From Setoptus koraiensis (lineage: Eukaryota; Animalia; Arthropoda), in the NCBI GenBank assembly GCA_048013815.1, contig CM106585.1, forward strand, positions 9,052,001 through 9,116,000: a stretch of 64,000 nucleotides of DNA. The letters are read 5' to 3'. Shown piece by piece: positions 51,398-63,128 of this stretch (position 1 is the first letter of the stretch; every line of letters starts with the position of its first letter). The position numbers were made by a program, and so were the translations under genes. Below the pieces are notes generated by a model. It saw nothing but the letters and a program-made list of their open reading frames with translations. It made no database searches and was not told the origin of the DNA.

Positions 51398-54300
51398 TTA
51401 ACGGAAGCTGGAGTTATGATTTGCGTTGTAAGAAATCAAACAACTCCTATATTCATTGAGTTTCTTGCTCACGACGTCGCCGATATCCATCATCTCTTTA
51501 TTAGTTGCATCTTCGTTCAGATACTCTACCAACAATGATATCAAGTGAGTTGGAAGATAAATTGGTCTTGGGTTGAAACCACTATCCACTAAGTTAGCTG
51601 GTTCCATAACGAGATTTGTCATTTCAACACACAAATCAGCGGCTTCGGGAAGCTGGTCATATTTAATTAATAATCTCAACAACTCAGCCGAGTTCCGTTT
51701 AATATATTGTGCCCTGAGAGAAGCTGGAATATCATATCCCGAGGCGAGTAGAGTGATTGCAACTACATTCATTAGGACAGTTGCCCTCGAATATGTTGGA
51801 GCAAATGATGGATCGCTACACATGTGGCTGACTCCATCGTAATTTTCTAGATAATGATCAATAAGCAACCATAATTTATCAACTGTTGATTTTTTGGAAT
51901 CAGTCAAATGATTGCTAATATTGATGCAACTATAGCTAATAGAAAGGCAATCAGAAAGACTCTGTCTCATGGTTTGATCATGAGCCAATGTTGCTGGACA
52001 TATTCTCGACAATGAGATGAATTTCTCTGCCAATCCTTTCATCACTGGCTCCAATGGTGACTTGAGCAAGATAGCCAAGTCAGCTGCGTATGTGTACATG
52101 GAAGAGGAGACCAGATAACTTATAGTTTCTTCTACTTTCAGAGGGGAAAGGGCAATCGTATTAACTTTAGGATCTTTCTTCAGTAAAATCAATCTTGCTT
52201 TAGTTAACTCATAACTTTTTTCTATCTCTCTTATGTCGATGGTGGTACGCCGCTTGGCAATTGCAGCATTAGTATTTGGTTGAAACTTAGACGAGGTCAG
52301 AAGAGTAGATTGTGATAAAGCATGGCTGTTGCTTGGTGAAGCTGGAAGTTCAATATCGCTATCATATCCACGTTTAAGCATGTTTCCATGGCTTTGTTCA
52401 TCAGATTCTGGGATCCCATTGACATTCGCTACTTCAATGAACATCTCTTGGGGGTTGCGTAGACACTTCAAACAATTTAAGACGATGAGCAGGCAGTCAG
52501 ATTGTTTTTTGACTGAGGCAATGCCTGGCACCTCGTGTCCGAGTCGTTGAGAGTATTTGTACATGCACGAAGCAGCGGGCTTGAAATTCTCTTCCATCAT
52601 CCAATAAGAGTATAGTATTTCATAGTAGCTTGGTCTTTTGAAATCATTTTTGGCTAATCCTAGTAAATCTGAATTCGAAGCTCTCTGTTCAATCACTTGC
52701 ACAAATTCGTTTCTCAAGTCGAGGTATGGAAATAATAATAGTTCTTGCCATCGCTCCCTTTCGCAATGATAAACAATAAATTGGTGTAGACAGTTGCGAC
52801 ACTGTTGCTTATCGGAGTTGAGTGCAAAAGCATGGTAAGCCTCCTCGGTCAAATTAAGGTCTAGGTAGTATTTAAAGAGCTGAGTCCTCAAACCATTGAT
52901 TCTTTGCTGGTCGTTGCTGCAAGACTGGCCTACAGTAGCTAAATTTTCATAACTGCCGGCAACACTGCTACTGTCTGAAAGTTCGCTAAGCTGTGGTATG
53001 CAGTGCTTGATGAGAGTTATGATATCTTCGGTGTAGTCATTCAGCTTAAATATTTGTATAAGGTTTTCGTAGTACTTATAGATTAGGGTGGTAGTGATTT
53101 CTGTGTCATCAGTATCGTTCAAAGATGCTTGGCTTACATTTAACACACTAGAATTCGGAATATTTTTATCACCTAGATTACCCTCCTGTGAACTGCTTCC
53201 TGTGGGCACAACACCTGAACAGTCTTCTAGATCTATGAAACGACCTATCAGATTTGTTTTGCTCATGCTCATACATAATCTGTTGAACAAGACAACAGCC
53301 CTTGAAGGTTCACCATTTAATAGATGGTTGAAGGCTTTCAAGAAATATCTATCGTGCTCGCTAGTTAAATTCCAATTATCTAGTAACTCTAAATATGTAA
53401 ATAAGTTATCGTGATGCAGAGAGGATAATAAATACTCTGCAAAACACTGATGGTGAGATTTCGGCCACAGCAATTGACAAACTGATTTAGCGATGTCAGC
53501 TATAATATCACATTTTGACAAGGTGGAATCTGGTCTTTTAATATCAATCTGAGCAATCCTTAGTCCACCGTTGAGTAGGAAGTCTGTTAAAAGATTTCGC
53601 TGTAGAGATGGTTCATTCGTTTTTTGTAATTGTTTCTTCGAACCTGCAGGTACCTTCGAGCTGAACATTTTCATGAATTGAAGTTTCTCGGAAAGTTGCT
53701 GTAATGTGGATAAAGTAGATAGTTTCATCTCTCTTTGGCTTGCTTTGATTGGACTTTCGGAAATCCATAGAAGAATTCTATAACAGCGTAAGCAATCGGT
53801 TGTTCTACTAACAATAGATGACAGGTATAAGTCTTCGCAAAGTTTCGACAACTGTTCGTTTTGATTCTTGGACTTCTTTGAATCTTTTAAAGATATGGCA
53901 ACAACTAAATGGAGGAATAACGTTAAATCCCGGGCTAGTAAAAATCGAGATTTGACCATCTTCTTAATGAGTTCGAAAGTAGCTGCGATTCCGTGGTTAG
54001 AAGTCAAAAATGGATGGAATGATACTGAATTTGTTTTGGTGTAGTTTTGTGTTTTAGTAGTCTCTGTCAGGTCTAAATTGTTGCAAATGAGTTCTAGTGA
54101 AGCGAACACCGATGAGTATAGGTCCTCCGAAGCGGTGGCTGACAATCTGCTGCCTCCAGTGATGAATGCTAGTTGTGACATGTCAACTCGATTAGAGTCC
54201 AGAAGCGAGGAGGCTAAATCTTGAAAGAATTGACCAACTCCAACAGGCTCATCAAGCAATTTTTGTTCTATTGTTATAGCTATATCGTCTGTGATAATCT

Positions 54301-56140
54301 GCTGACAGATGTAATCAAGAGATTTCATGATTGTAAACAGGCTACTGTTAAAATCAGTTGTGGCTTTGAGACTAAGTCCAGCAAATGGTCTCTGAAATTC
54401 AGCTACATTCTTCGAAGGGGCTGGTATAATTATTGAACTATTTCCACGTTTCAAGAGCGCGATGATCTCCTCATGCTCGCTCACAAGTAGTCCGATTATT
54501 TTGTTGGCGACTTGGTGATTTTGTACACAATATGTATGAAATTTATACCATGCCTCCCGTTCAGCTAATGATATATCTGTGTCTTTGGAGTCTTGTTGTA
54601 CTTCGTTCAAGTTATTCCTTATAATTGATGCAGCTGTGTCAACTAGAGCTTGTATATCGTCTTGATTCAATTTCACATCAGAACTTCCTCGACCAAGTAT
54701 GCTTATACCTCTGAGGATTGTAGACATGGAAAACTTATTGCGCCAAAATATTTCCTCAATAATCTGATACTGATGGTCTCGGGCAGACTTCAGATTTTCC
54801 GGATCCTCGTTCAAATAGACACTATGCCATTCGCAATTGTCTACTGTGTTTCGTGTTTTTGATTCAGAGAATTTCGTTTGTTCATTCATTGTAGCACGTA
54901 ATTCTTGTAAGTTGAGCCAATATAACACGTAATCGTTTTCGGTGTTGAGCGCCACTGCCCAGATTTTTGTTCTAGATATAGCAAAGTCAATGAGACAATC
55001 CCATTCCGGTGCTTTTACAACATACAACTCTTCTACACTATGCTTATCAATGTCCGATTTGTGTTGCAAAACGACAAACTCTGGCTCTTGTTCCGTCATG
55101 TAGATCGCCAACATCAGGTCCGATGTGTTTTTTCCTGTAACTCGCATCAAGAGTTGCTGATTAGACAAATCCACAAGTGTCAGCCTTGATTGACTAGTAG
55201 ATAACGATTGATTTAAGGGTTGTGCTATTAGGCTGTAGGAATGAGCTAACTCCCTATATTTTGTGGACCAAATTCTCAGTTTGTAATCCCTACAAAGAGC
55301 AAATAGAATCATGTCGTTACCTTCTTCATATCTAGCTGCAATACACGACAGAGCAGCATCGTCACTCTCGTGTTGATTCTTGGCCAACAAAGCTGGCATT
55401 CTAGACCAAATTCTGCCTATTATTGATGTATGTTTGAGCTCCCATGATGTAACTGGACTGTCCGATTTTAATGAGTTCATGCTTGCCTCCAAAATTGAAG
55501 GAGCATCTATGTTGTGATTGAATTTCACTATATGTATAGAACCGTTTGAATATGTCAACGCAAACGAAACAAGATCGGGCGCCTCATCCAACCAAGAAGT
55601 GGCACTCTTGGGGCTAGAGACATTGCCCGGGGGAACATTTGCTGATTGACCGATAAGAACATGGAAAGTTCTGTTATCGCTCAGGAGCTGATTAGTGATG
55701 GTGGTAAAAACTGAGTTGGCAACGAATTGTTTTGTGGAACCAAGTTGAGAGGCTACTTGGATCTTGGGGTGAGGCAATGATATTCTGTGAACAGATGATA
55801 GAGTTGCAATCAGTATCAAGAGACTACTATTTAATTCTATGATTCTGATTGTGTTGATAATGGGGGCATTGGCGAATTTTATCCTTATTTGGTTATTTGT
55901 CAAAATGAATTCGCTCGATAACTCTACCATCTCCAGTAGTTCGTTTGATGTTCGCCAGTAAATGTATCTGTTGTAACATGGTGAGCCGATTGTTTGAGTG
56001 TCCCGATAACTGAAACCTCCGACACATTCTGGCAGAGAAATATCTTGTAACGTACTCTGTGTAGAGGCAACATCTACTAGGACCTCTTTCCAACGGTGAT
56101 TGATGACATTGGGCGAGGCCAATTCAACGTAATTAGCCAT
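51398..56140 (-). CDS. Nup160: Nuclear pore complex protein Nup160, 1580 aa, uninterrupted ORF
   Basis: The N-terminus YVELAS...CVGGFSY...NRYIYWRTSNELLEMVELS...LTNNQIRIKFAN matches the Nup160 beta-propeller start. Also LFALCRDYKLRIWS and a C-terminal helical region (YYEILYSY...AASCMYKYSQRLGHE...KQSDCLLIVLNCLKCL). Length fits Nup160. Confidence 0.95.
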   Translation of the reverse strand: MANYVELASPNVINHRWKEVLVDVASTQSTLQDISLPECVGGFSYRDTQTIGSPCYNRYIYWRTSNELLEMVELSSEFILTNNQIRIKFANAPIINTIRIIELNSSLLILIATLSSVHRISLPHPKIQVASQLGSTKQFVANSVFTTITNQLLSDNRTFHVLIGQSANVPPGNVSSPKSATSWLDEAPDLVSFALTYSNGSIHIVKFNHNIDAPSILEASMNSLKSDSPVTSWELKHTSIIGRIWSRMPALLAKNQHESDDAALSCIAARYEEGNDMILFALCRDYKLRIWSTKYRELAHSYSLIAQPLNQSLSTSQSRLTLVDLSNQQLLMRVTGKNTSDLMLAIYMTEQEPEFVVLQHKSDIDKHSVEELYVVKAPEWDCLIDFAISRTKIWAVALNTENDYVLYWLNLQELRATMNEQTKFSESKTRNTVDNCEWHSVYLNEDPENLKSARDHQYQIIEEIFWRNKFSMSTILRGISILGRGSSDVKLNQDDIQALVDTAASIIRNNLNEVQQDSKDTDISLAEREAWYKFHTYCVQNHQVANKIIGLLVSEHEEIIALLKRGNSSIIIPAPSKNVAEFQRPFAGLSLKATTDFNSSLFTIMKSLDYICQQIITDDIAITIEQKLLDEPVGVGQFFQDLASSLLDSNRVDMSQLAFITGGSRLSATASEDLYSSVFASLELICNNLDLTETTKTQNYTKTNSVSFHPFLTSNHGIAATFELIKKMVKSRFLLARDLTLFLHLVVAISLKDSKKSKNQNEQLSKLCEDLYLSSIVSRTTDCLRCYRILLWISESPIKASQREMKLSTLSTLQQLSEKLQFMKMFSSKVPAGSKKQLQKTNEPSLQRNLLTDFLLNGGLRIAQIDIKRPDSTLSKCDIIADIAKSVCQLLWPKSHHQCFAEYLLSSLHHDNLFTYLELLDNWNLTSEHDRYFLKAFNHLLNGEPSRAVVLFNRLCMSMSKTNLIGRFIDLEDCSGVVPTGSSSQEGNLGDKNIPNSSVLNVSQASLNDTDDTEITTTLIYKYYENLIQIFKLNDYTEDIITLIKHCIPQLSELSDSSSVAGSYENLATVGQSCSNDQQRINGLRTQLFKYYLDLNLTEEAYHAFALNSDKQQCRNCLHQFIVYHCERERWQELLLFPYLDLRNEFVQVIEQRASNSDLLGLAKNDFKRPSYYEILYSYWMMEENFKPAASCMYKYSQRLGHEVPGIASVKKQSDCLLIVLNCLKCLRNPQEMFIEVANVNGIPESDEQSHGNMLKRGYDSDIELPASPSNSHALSQSTLLTSSKFQPNTNAAIAKRRTTIDIREIEKSYELTKARLILLKKDPKVNTIALSPLKVEETISYLVSSSMYTYAADLAILLKSPLEPVMKGLAEKFISLSRICPATLAHDQTMRQSLSDCLSISYSCINISNHLTDSKKSTVDKLWLLIDHYLENYDGVSHMCSDPSFAPTYSRATVLMNVVAITLLASGYDIPASLRAQYIKRNSAELLRLLIKYDQLPEAADLCVEMTNLVMEPANLVDSGFNPRPIYLPTHLISLLVEYLNEDATNKEMMDIGDVVSKKLNEYRSCLISYNANHNSSFR

Positions 56141-57016
56141 TTGTATGGTGTTTATGGTGATATATAAATAATATTGGTAATAAACGTTCGGTAAGTCTTG
56201 TCTTTTCGAAGTAGAGCGGGCAACTGAGGACCAAATCGGTTACAGATACAGCGTGTAATCTCACTTGAATTCTACGTGGTGTGTTCGCGGCCAGTTTTGT
56301 GCAGCCATCTGAACGGCGCACAGAAAGTGTACTGGCGTCCAATAATACAGGTACCAATTATTCCGCCAGGGGCGCGCAGTGCATTTTAGAATGCACACAC
56401 AAGCATAGAGTGGTATGCTTAATGTTTCTCTTTTTTGATTACGAGCGTACGATGCGCTGAAGCCAATAGTTGCACGTGATTAACTAATACTCGATCACAC
56501 CGTGTACATAAAGCAAGGTGCGCCGCCCTGGCGGACTTGAAAGAGAGTTACCGGATGTGCATTGGAATAGCCGCGCACAATGCTCTCGTTGCAATTGTAC
56601 GTGGGATTTTAGCGACCTTCAGAGCACTTTCAGCGTATCGCGCTCTCTGCATCAGACCATCACAAAAGTAATTCTGATTTGAACAATGCGCCATACGTTT
56701 CTTAGATAAAAATTTTCGCATTTCAAGTCTTCCTATGCTGCAAATGTACTCTGACATGGTGGTCTGAACGAGACACAAGATTTCTTTTGCAACTGTAAAA
56801 AACCTACCTGTATGTTAGATATTCGCATTTCAACCGTTTGTCAGTGAAATCACCCCAAGCGGAGGATACACGAGTTTGCCAAATTATCACATAGACACAT
56901 ATCATCAATGTTAGATAACAACAACATACTAATATTCGCGATATAACTGGACTTATCAAATTATCAATTATAGTTTGGACTTTAGAGCAACGAATCAATT
57001 ATCTAGACTAGCCATC

Positions 57017-58120
57017 ATGAGCTCCAATGATGATAGCAATACTGACAGCAATGATCGTAGGGTGCAAAATCTATTAGGACTGGTGAAATTTTGTCTAAGT
57101 GCTACAGCCAATGAAGATGCTCCAGCGTCCAGTCAGTTAGAGCCCATGGATGAGGATAGGAGAGCATGGCTACAGCAAGCAATCAACAATTTGACAACTG
57201 ACACCATTGCAGAGTTGCTAAAAAGCCTTGCTGTAGTTAAAGAAAACATACAATTGCTAAATAAACCTGACAGCAACATCAAGGAGGAGGAAACCATCGA
57301 TGCCTTGGAATACATGGTTGAACTATGCGAAGAAGTTGACTATGCACGCGACTTTGCAAAACTAAACGGATTCGACATATTCAAACCATTGATTGATTGT
57401 CACTACGAAGAATTACAAGCAAAAGCTTGTGATCTTATAGCTGCCATATCGCAAAACAATCCATACTGTCAAGAAATAGCATACAAGAGTGGCATACTAG
57501 GTCAACTAACACAATTACTAGACTCTTCCACAGCGCATATCAAGGCACGCGTAAAGGCACTCTACGCCATCTCAACCATTATTAGATCTAATGAGGATAT
57601 CCTGATGAAATATGATGCAGAATTAGATGGCTTATCTGTCTTGTCTAGAATTATTCAATTTCAGGATATGGATTATACCGCCGAGGATACTAGCGAAAGC
57701 GCTACAGAGGACAGTTGTGACGACACTTGTCATGGTCATTGGTGGCGTAAACTACGTATCAAATCATCATTTCTTATAGCTGCTTTATGCCAAGAAAGCA
57801 GTCATATTCGTACAACATTTTTCAGGATGGGTATCATAGAGCAAATCATATTACTATTACAAAATTTAGCAAATCACGAAACTCATGAGTATTTACTATC
57901 GGCTTTGTGTAGTTTGGCCAGCACAAATGAGGATTGTAGAAACGAATGTTTGAGGCCAGAATTTAAATTTGTGCAATATTTAGAAAAATGCTTGGCTTCA
58001 ACACCGGAGTCACCCGAAGACCAAGATGACCACTACGCAAGATTGATGAATGATCAACGTGCCCAAATAGCACAACTTATGAAAGTTCTCTCATTAAGAC
58101 CTAACTCACCTTCTAACTAG
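57017..58120 (+). CDS. HSPBP1: Hsp70-binding protein 1 (Fes1/HSPBP1 nucleotide exchange factor), single exon
   Basis: First ATG at 57017 (GCCATCATG). NLLGLVKFCL...EPMDEDRRAWLQQAI resembles HSPBP1 NLQGLLQMAI...PMSEERRQWLQEAM. ARM repeats include DYARDFAKLNG, ACDLIAAISQNNPYCQ and RVKALYAISTIIR. Confidence 0.92.
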   Translation: MSSNDDSNTDSNDRRVQNLLGLVKFCLSATANEDAPASSQLEPMDEDRRAWLQQAINNLTTDTIAELLKSLAVVKENIQLLNKPDSNIKEEETIDALEYMVELCEEVDYARDFAKLNGFDIFKPLIDCHYEELQAKACDLIAAISQNNPYCQEIAYKSGILGQLTQLLDSSTAHIKARVKALYAISTIIRSNEDILMKYDAELDGLSVLSRIIQFQDMDYTAEDTSESATEDSCDDTCHGHWWRKLRIKSSFLIAALCQESSHIRTTFFRMGIIEQIILLLQNLANHETHEYLLSALCSLASTNEDCRNECLRPEFKFVQYLEKCLASTPESPEDQDDHYARLMNDQRAQIAQLMKVLSLRPNSPSN

Positions 58121-58754
58121 ACACAGAGAAAAACAAACAAAAATTTCTAGCCCAAATCAAAATTGATTGCAAGAAGGGGATTGATCCAATTAAAACTGGA
58201 GGGGGGATCTTCATCAGATCTTTTGGATTTAACCATTTCATGTATAAAATATAAATATCTTAGAACCTGTATATTACTATTTACTTAACTCAAGTTCGAT
58301 TAGATATTCTCACCGTCACACAATCTAAATTATTATGATATAAACACCAACGTGCACAACTAATGCAATACAATAAAAGAAAGAGAAATAAGTTCACCTG
58401 AATCTACATTCCACTGGAAATGATTACTTGTGCAACAGCTTCGAGTTTTCCTTTGTTTGCCTGAATCACCAACGAGCTCTTGTTAGCCAATCTGGACACA
58501 CCCAAAGTGAACAGCTGATACTTGATAGATGTTGTTGTGTTTGTGTTGACCAACTTACCTGTGGAATGACCATCCTAATGACGCAATTGAGAGAACATTA
58601 TTATGGCTACAGTGACGGCAGTTATGTAGCTCCATGAAATTTCGTCTGCGTTGTTTTCAAAGAATTCATTATACGGATATATTATAACTTCGAGGAATTC
58701 ATGGTAATAAAAGAGATTATTTTTCTTCATTGGAATATTGATACTAACTAAGAA

Positions 58755-59433
58755 ATGGTAAGTTTTGTCATCTATCGCAACTGAGCAACTTTAAATATTA
58801 AATAATCATATGATTATATAGTTACAGCGGGTCCTTAATTAATCTACAATTTTTCGAAACACATCCACCGACATATAGGCTAGATTTTTCAATTCGGAAG
58901 AGATCAATTATTACAGGGACTGTTTTAATCTTTGCAATTTTAAATCAGCCCAAATCACTGAAGTGGATCAGTTGATGTTTGTCATGCGCTCCACTGGCCT
59001 CAGTCCAACTATTGATGAACTCAAGGGCTACCTCAAACAAAAAGGTGAGCAAACAACGCGATTGATAAGCAAAAAGGATATGTACAAATTAATCAATTGA
59101 TTATTAATTTGTCAACAAATGAAACCTTGTTTATTCTGAATTTATATAGGCAATGTTATATCATTCGGAGACTTCTTGGATTGTGCACATTCCCATAAGA
59201 AAGTTGAAAGGTTACCCGACGAGATATTAGCAGCATTCAAATCTTCGCCTTGGGTGAACAAATATGGACACATATCAGCCACCGACCTCAAGCATATATT
59301 ATGCGAATGGGGAGAAAAATTGTCCGTGAAAGAAGTAGATGCACTACTTAAAGAAAACAACTTCACCAAATCATCTATTGATCATAAGCAACTTGTAAAC
59401 GCTTTGGTTATACCCAAGTCCGATAACAACTGA
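58755..59433 (+). CDS. CALML4: Calmodulin-like protein 4 (CALML4 / CG17272-type EF-hand), 3 exons: 58755-58757, 58879-59044, 59150-59433; 150 aa
   Basis: ATG|GTAAG, TAG|GCT, AAAG|GTGAG and TAG|GC give the open splice MARFFNSEEINYYRDCFNL...VMRSTGLSPTIDELKGYLKQKGNVISFGDFLDCAH...LPDEILAAFK...ISATDLKHILCEWGEKLSVKEVDALLKE. Confidence 0.9.
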
Positions 59434-59554
59434 TGAGGATTATTCCCCGGTATTGATATGAATGATTAAAATAGATACTGTAATATAATAATTCTCTGTT
59501 GCGTTTACTCAATCCGTGGTTCGCAAGCAAAATAGAGCAAATTTTCCTTTCCCC

Positions 59555-61195
59555 CTAAGCACTAACCTTCGACAATAGATGAGTCAAATGAGTTTGGTGT
59601 CCATGGGCAAGATTACGTTCTGCCACCATCCTATCTGCGAGTTTCTTATTATCTGGGCTTCCCGACTTGAGGGCGGCCACCAACAATAGCTGTTCAAAGA
59701 TGTCACGTTGAGCGTGGCTGCCACCAATTCTGACAATGTCATGTCTGATTGGCATAATCTTGTCCACAACCTGCGGATAATCGCCTTTCTTAAATGCCAC
59801 CATGGCCTCAAGTAATGGTCTCACTACGGTGTCTCTCTCGACCAATGTTGGCGCTTGTTGTTCGTTCAAGGTATCCAACAATTCTCTAACACTGTCATAA
59901 TCTTCCATTGCCAAATAAGTCATCATGTAGTGGCAATCATTGAAGCCAACAATGTGATCCTTTGTGTGTGTTTTACACATGTCGTAGACGCCTCGCCAAC
60001 GTGACGGCTGGTCCGATGATGGGCTTGACTTGGCTATTAAATTGATCAATTCCAATCTATATAGCATGGACGCAGCATCGTGCAAGTCCAAACCTGAAGA
60101 GCTAGCCAAGCATCTTGTCAAAATTTGTTCATCTAACAAAGCGATGGCTTCGTCGTGCTCGCGTTTGTTTAAGTAAAACAAGGCAGTATGCCAGTACTGG
60201 TGACAGGCCAAACTAGAACAGGTGATCCAATCCTTTTTACGGTCTAGCATCCAGGTGAGGCCTTCGTCTGTTTTGCCTTGCATCTCCAGACAATGAGCAT
60301 AGTTGTGAATGGCCCAAGTGTCACATGGAATCAATTGTAATGCTTTTAGGGCTTCCTTTTGTGATAAATCATATTGATTAGATTCCTCCAAAGCAAACGA
60401 GTACATACCATGAGCGTAGCCCTTCAATGGATTGTTGTCGTTGATGTAATTTATTGCGCCAGACAACGAGCTTCTCATTGCGTTAGCAGCGCCCAGATAA
60501 AAATAGGTGTCTTGATTTAATTTCAGCGAGTAAATATCCTCTGGATACAATGTTGTGATCTCGTCCAAGGCACGGCTGGCATTTTTCATATCACCATTGG
60601 CCCACAAATTAACTACCTGAACATGTAGTCGTTCAAATTGGGTCACTTCGCGCTTTTTTGCCTCATCAGCGACCAGCTTGTTCAAGTGGTTCACTTTTTC
60701 TTTTAAACTCTTGTCCAATCTACTCGTGGTCAAGCCGCCAATTAACTCGAGTCCGGCATCAAGTGCGTGTCCCATGACTACGACACAAATTGGTTAAGCC
60801 ATGTGAATGTAAGTGAATGAAATCAATAACCAATCTATTAATAACCAAAGGACAACTGTTAAACGTAATTGGTTAACAGAATGAGTGTAACTCACCGAAA
60901 TTCGGGTCCTCTTTTAGCATAGCGGACACAGTTCCATCGAGGCCTCCATATTGTTGGTGCTCGTACCAGCCAACATACTGGCTGACAGCGGCGTCAAAGT
61001 ATTTGCAGGCCAAATCAGAGGGACTACTGAGATTTATCTGATTGTTGGTTGATTTTAGCCACTCCTGAATGAACATATAATATTGTTGATGATATCAATT
61101 GAAGCCGGCCATTATTGTTTTCATGTTGCATTTATAAGATCGACGAGACGCACACCACTTACCTTTGAATCGCGAAAATTCTCTCTGAAAACCAT
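59555..61195 (-). CDS. TTC38: Tetratricopeptide repeat protein 38, 3 exons: 61195-61163, 61064-60896, 60777-59555; 474 aa
   Basis: Canonical GT-AG splices give MVFRENFRDSKEWLK...ACKYFDAAVSQYVGW...DPNFVMGHAL...DTYFYLG...HGMYSFALEESN...DTWAIHNYAHCLEM...LACHQYWHTAL...DAASMLYRLEL...IGGSHAQRDIF. These are all TTC38 motifs. Confidence 0.95.
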
Positions 61196-61691
61196 TGTTT
61201 TGTTGCCTATTATATTCGTTTCAATGAATTGATTGTTAGGTGTCTTCCACTAGATATGTTTCTGATATGTTAATGGTTATGCGTCAATTTATACAAACAA
61301 CAACTGCGTGACAACAAAAGCTAGTTACGTTTTTCTCTTGACTAGTTAGCTAGTGTTGCTAGCACAATATACCTGTATATGACCTCATTTATGCGTCGAG
61401 CTTGTATCTAATCAACTTGTGTATTTTTTAGTTAGTTGGTGGCTAGTTTAATGGTCGATTTACTTGTTACAAGCGCCACATTTGAAATATTACAACAGCC
61501 ACCTGTTGCACAATCGGCACAATTCATTTACATATTTGTTTGGAGTGGTATAACCGGTGACAATTGATATTTTCTACAAATTTGATTTATCTAATAGAAC
61601 GACATCTTGTAACAACAACAAAAAGAAAACAACAACAGATCTTATTTTTACATTGATTGACTCATTATGTAACAATCGGTTATCAAGTAAA

Positions 61692-63089
61692 TTAAACATT
61701 GACGGACACATTGTAGTTGCCTCGTTTTCTTCGCCACACTTGTAGCGCTACTATTGCACCCAAGGCAACTGTCAGTGCCACCGATACAGTAATGGCTGTT
61801 GGTGTCACTTTTGGTGCGTGCGAGCCTAATTCCATGGGGCCCTGGTCGATACTCATGGTTGGCTCAGTAGTGGACGTCATGGGCTCCATCAATGTGTCGA
61901 TGACTTTTGTGTCAAAGACAGTTGTCTCAACAACAGCCACCCTAGCGGTTGTGACAGGCTCTGTTTGTGTAATTGGTGCCTCGGTGGTGGTAGTTGTGGT
62001 GGTGGTAGTGGTGGTGGGCTCCGCTTCAGTGAAAGCCACAGAGGTGAAAATGGTGGTTGTTCCACTTCCGGTAGTGGTAGTGGTCACAGGCTGAGCAGTG
62101 GTGGTGACCGCTTCAGTTGTGGTTGTAGGCCCGGGTCGAACACTAGTAACCGCTGCAGTGGTGGTTGTGTTGACGGACTCGATATCGGTGACGGACTCGA
62201 TATCGGTGACCGGTTCAATGGTTGTAGTTGTGACGGGTTCCAATTCGGTGACATCCTCGTTGGCGGTGGTTGTGACAGCGGGTTCTGCAGTGCTGACAGA
62301 TTCAATGGTGGTGGTAGCAACCGGTTGCACACTGGTGATTGATTCAGTGGTAGTGGTGGAAACAGGAAGCGACTCGGTGACCATTTCTATGTAGGTAATA
62401 GGGACGGGTTGCGAATCGGTGGGGGCAGCCTCGGTGGTCGTAGTAGTAGTGGTAGTGGTGGCAACGGTCTGGTTATCTTGATATATGTAAGGGTTTAATA
62501 AGTTAGTGATGCCGTTGTCGTCTTTATCGTTGGTGGTGTTACTATCACTAATAAATTGGTCTCCGAGGGGTGATTTCAACGCGGGCTCGCTCGAATCAGG
62601 CAGAGTTCTTTTCAAATTTTGATAGGCGCTCACGACCGGCTTGCATGGACCTAAATATCTGATTTGAACTGGTCCCATAACGGAAAAATCTGGCCCTACA
62701 TACATTTTCAAAACGCGTGTTTTTTCGTTTTTTACCATATCCCATTGTAACTTGAATTTTTCGGTAATACTGTCCATGAGTTGCTTTGAGCAGGTTACAT
62801 TGTCATTCAATGAAGGATCAAACCATCGTGCCAATTTGTCTCTCATGGAGAATTGGCTCAATTCAACAGGATTGCCACTGTTAACGTGCGATAATATTCT
62901 TTTGAGCTCATCAAAGGCCACTTGGTCATCTTTAATATCCGTCTCTATGCCGTTGAGAATAAATTCATGATTTGTTGGCACTTTGAGCTCGTAAGAGTCA
63001 CAATAGATAGTTATCGTGAATAGGATAAATGTGAACAATTTAATGATGTGTCGGGCGCTCATCATGGCAGATAATTTTAGAAAAGTCAT
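61692..63089 (-). CDS. Orphan mucin-like type I membrane protein (signal peptide, ~150-aa ectodomain, Thr-rich stalk, TM helix, 13-aa tail), 465 aa
   Basis: Long single ORF with hydrophobic N-terminus (IIKLFTFILFTITIYC), T/E/P/V-rich repeats, TM segment AITVSVALTVALGAIVALQVW and tail RRKRGNYNVSVNV. Start is 63089 or the downstream ATGs at 63065/63062. Confidence 0.8.
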   Translation of the reverse strand: MTFLKLSAMMSARHIIKLFTFILFTITIYCDSYELKVPTNHEFILNGIETDIKDDQVAFDELKRILSHVNSGNPVELSQFSMRDKLARWFDPSLNDNVTCSKQLMDSITEKFKLQWDMVKNEKTRVLKMYVGPDFSVMGPVQIRYLGPCKPVVSAYQNLKRTLPDSSEPALKSPLGDQFISDSNTTNDKDDNGITNLLNPYIYQDNQTVATTTTTTTTTEAAPTDSQPVPITYIEMVTESLPVSTTTTESITSVQPVATTTIESVSTAEPAVTTTANEDVTELEPVTTTTIEPVTDIESVTDIESVNTTTTAAVTSVRPGPTTTTEAVTTTAQPVTTTTTGSGTTTIFTSVAFTEAEPTTTTTTTTTTTEAPITQTEPVTTARVAVVETTVFDTKVIDTLMEPMTSTTEPTMSIDQGPMELGSHAPKVTPTAITVSVALTVALGAIVALQVWRRKRGNYNVSVNV

Positions 63090-63128
63090 TCATTTATTCT
63101 TTTGATCATTTAAGGGACGATGTGATTT

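Noticed and set aside
44808-63000. Antisense and alternate-frame ORFs overlapping RPLP0, lilli, Nup160, TTC38 and the mucin gene
   Set aside because: These are shadow ORFs of real genes.
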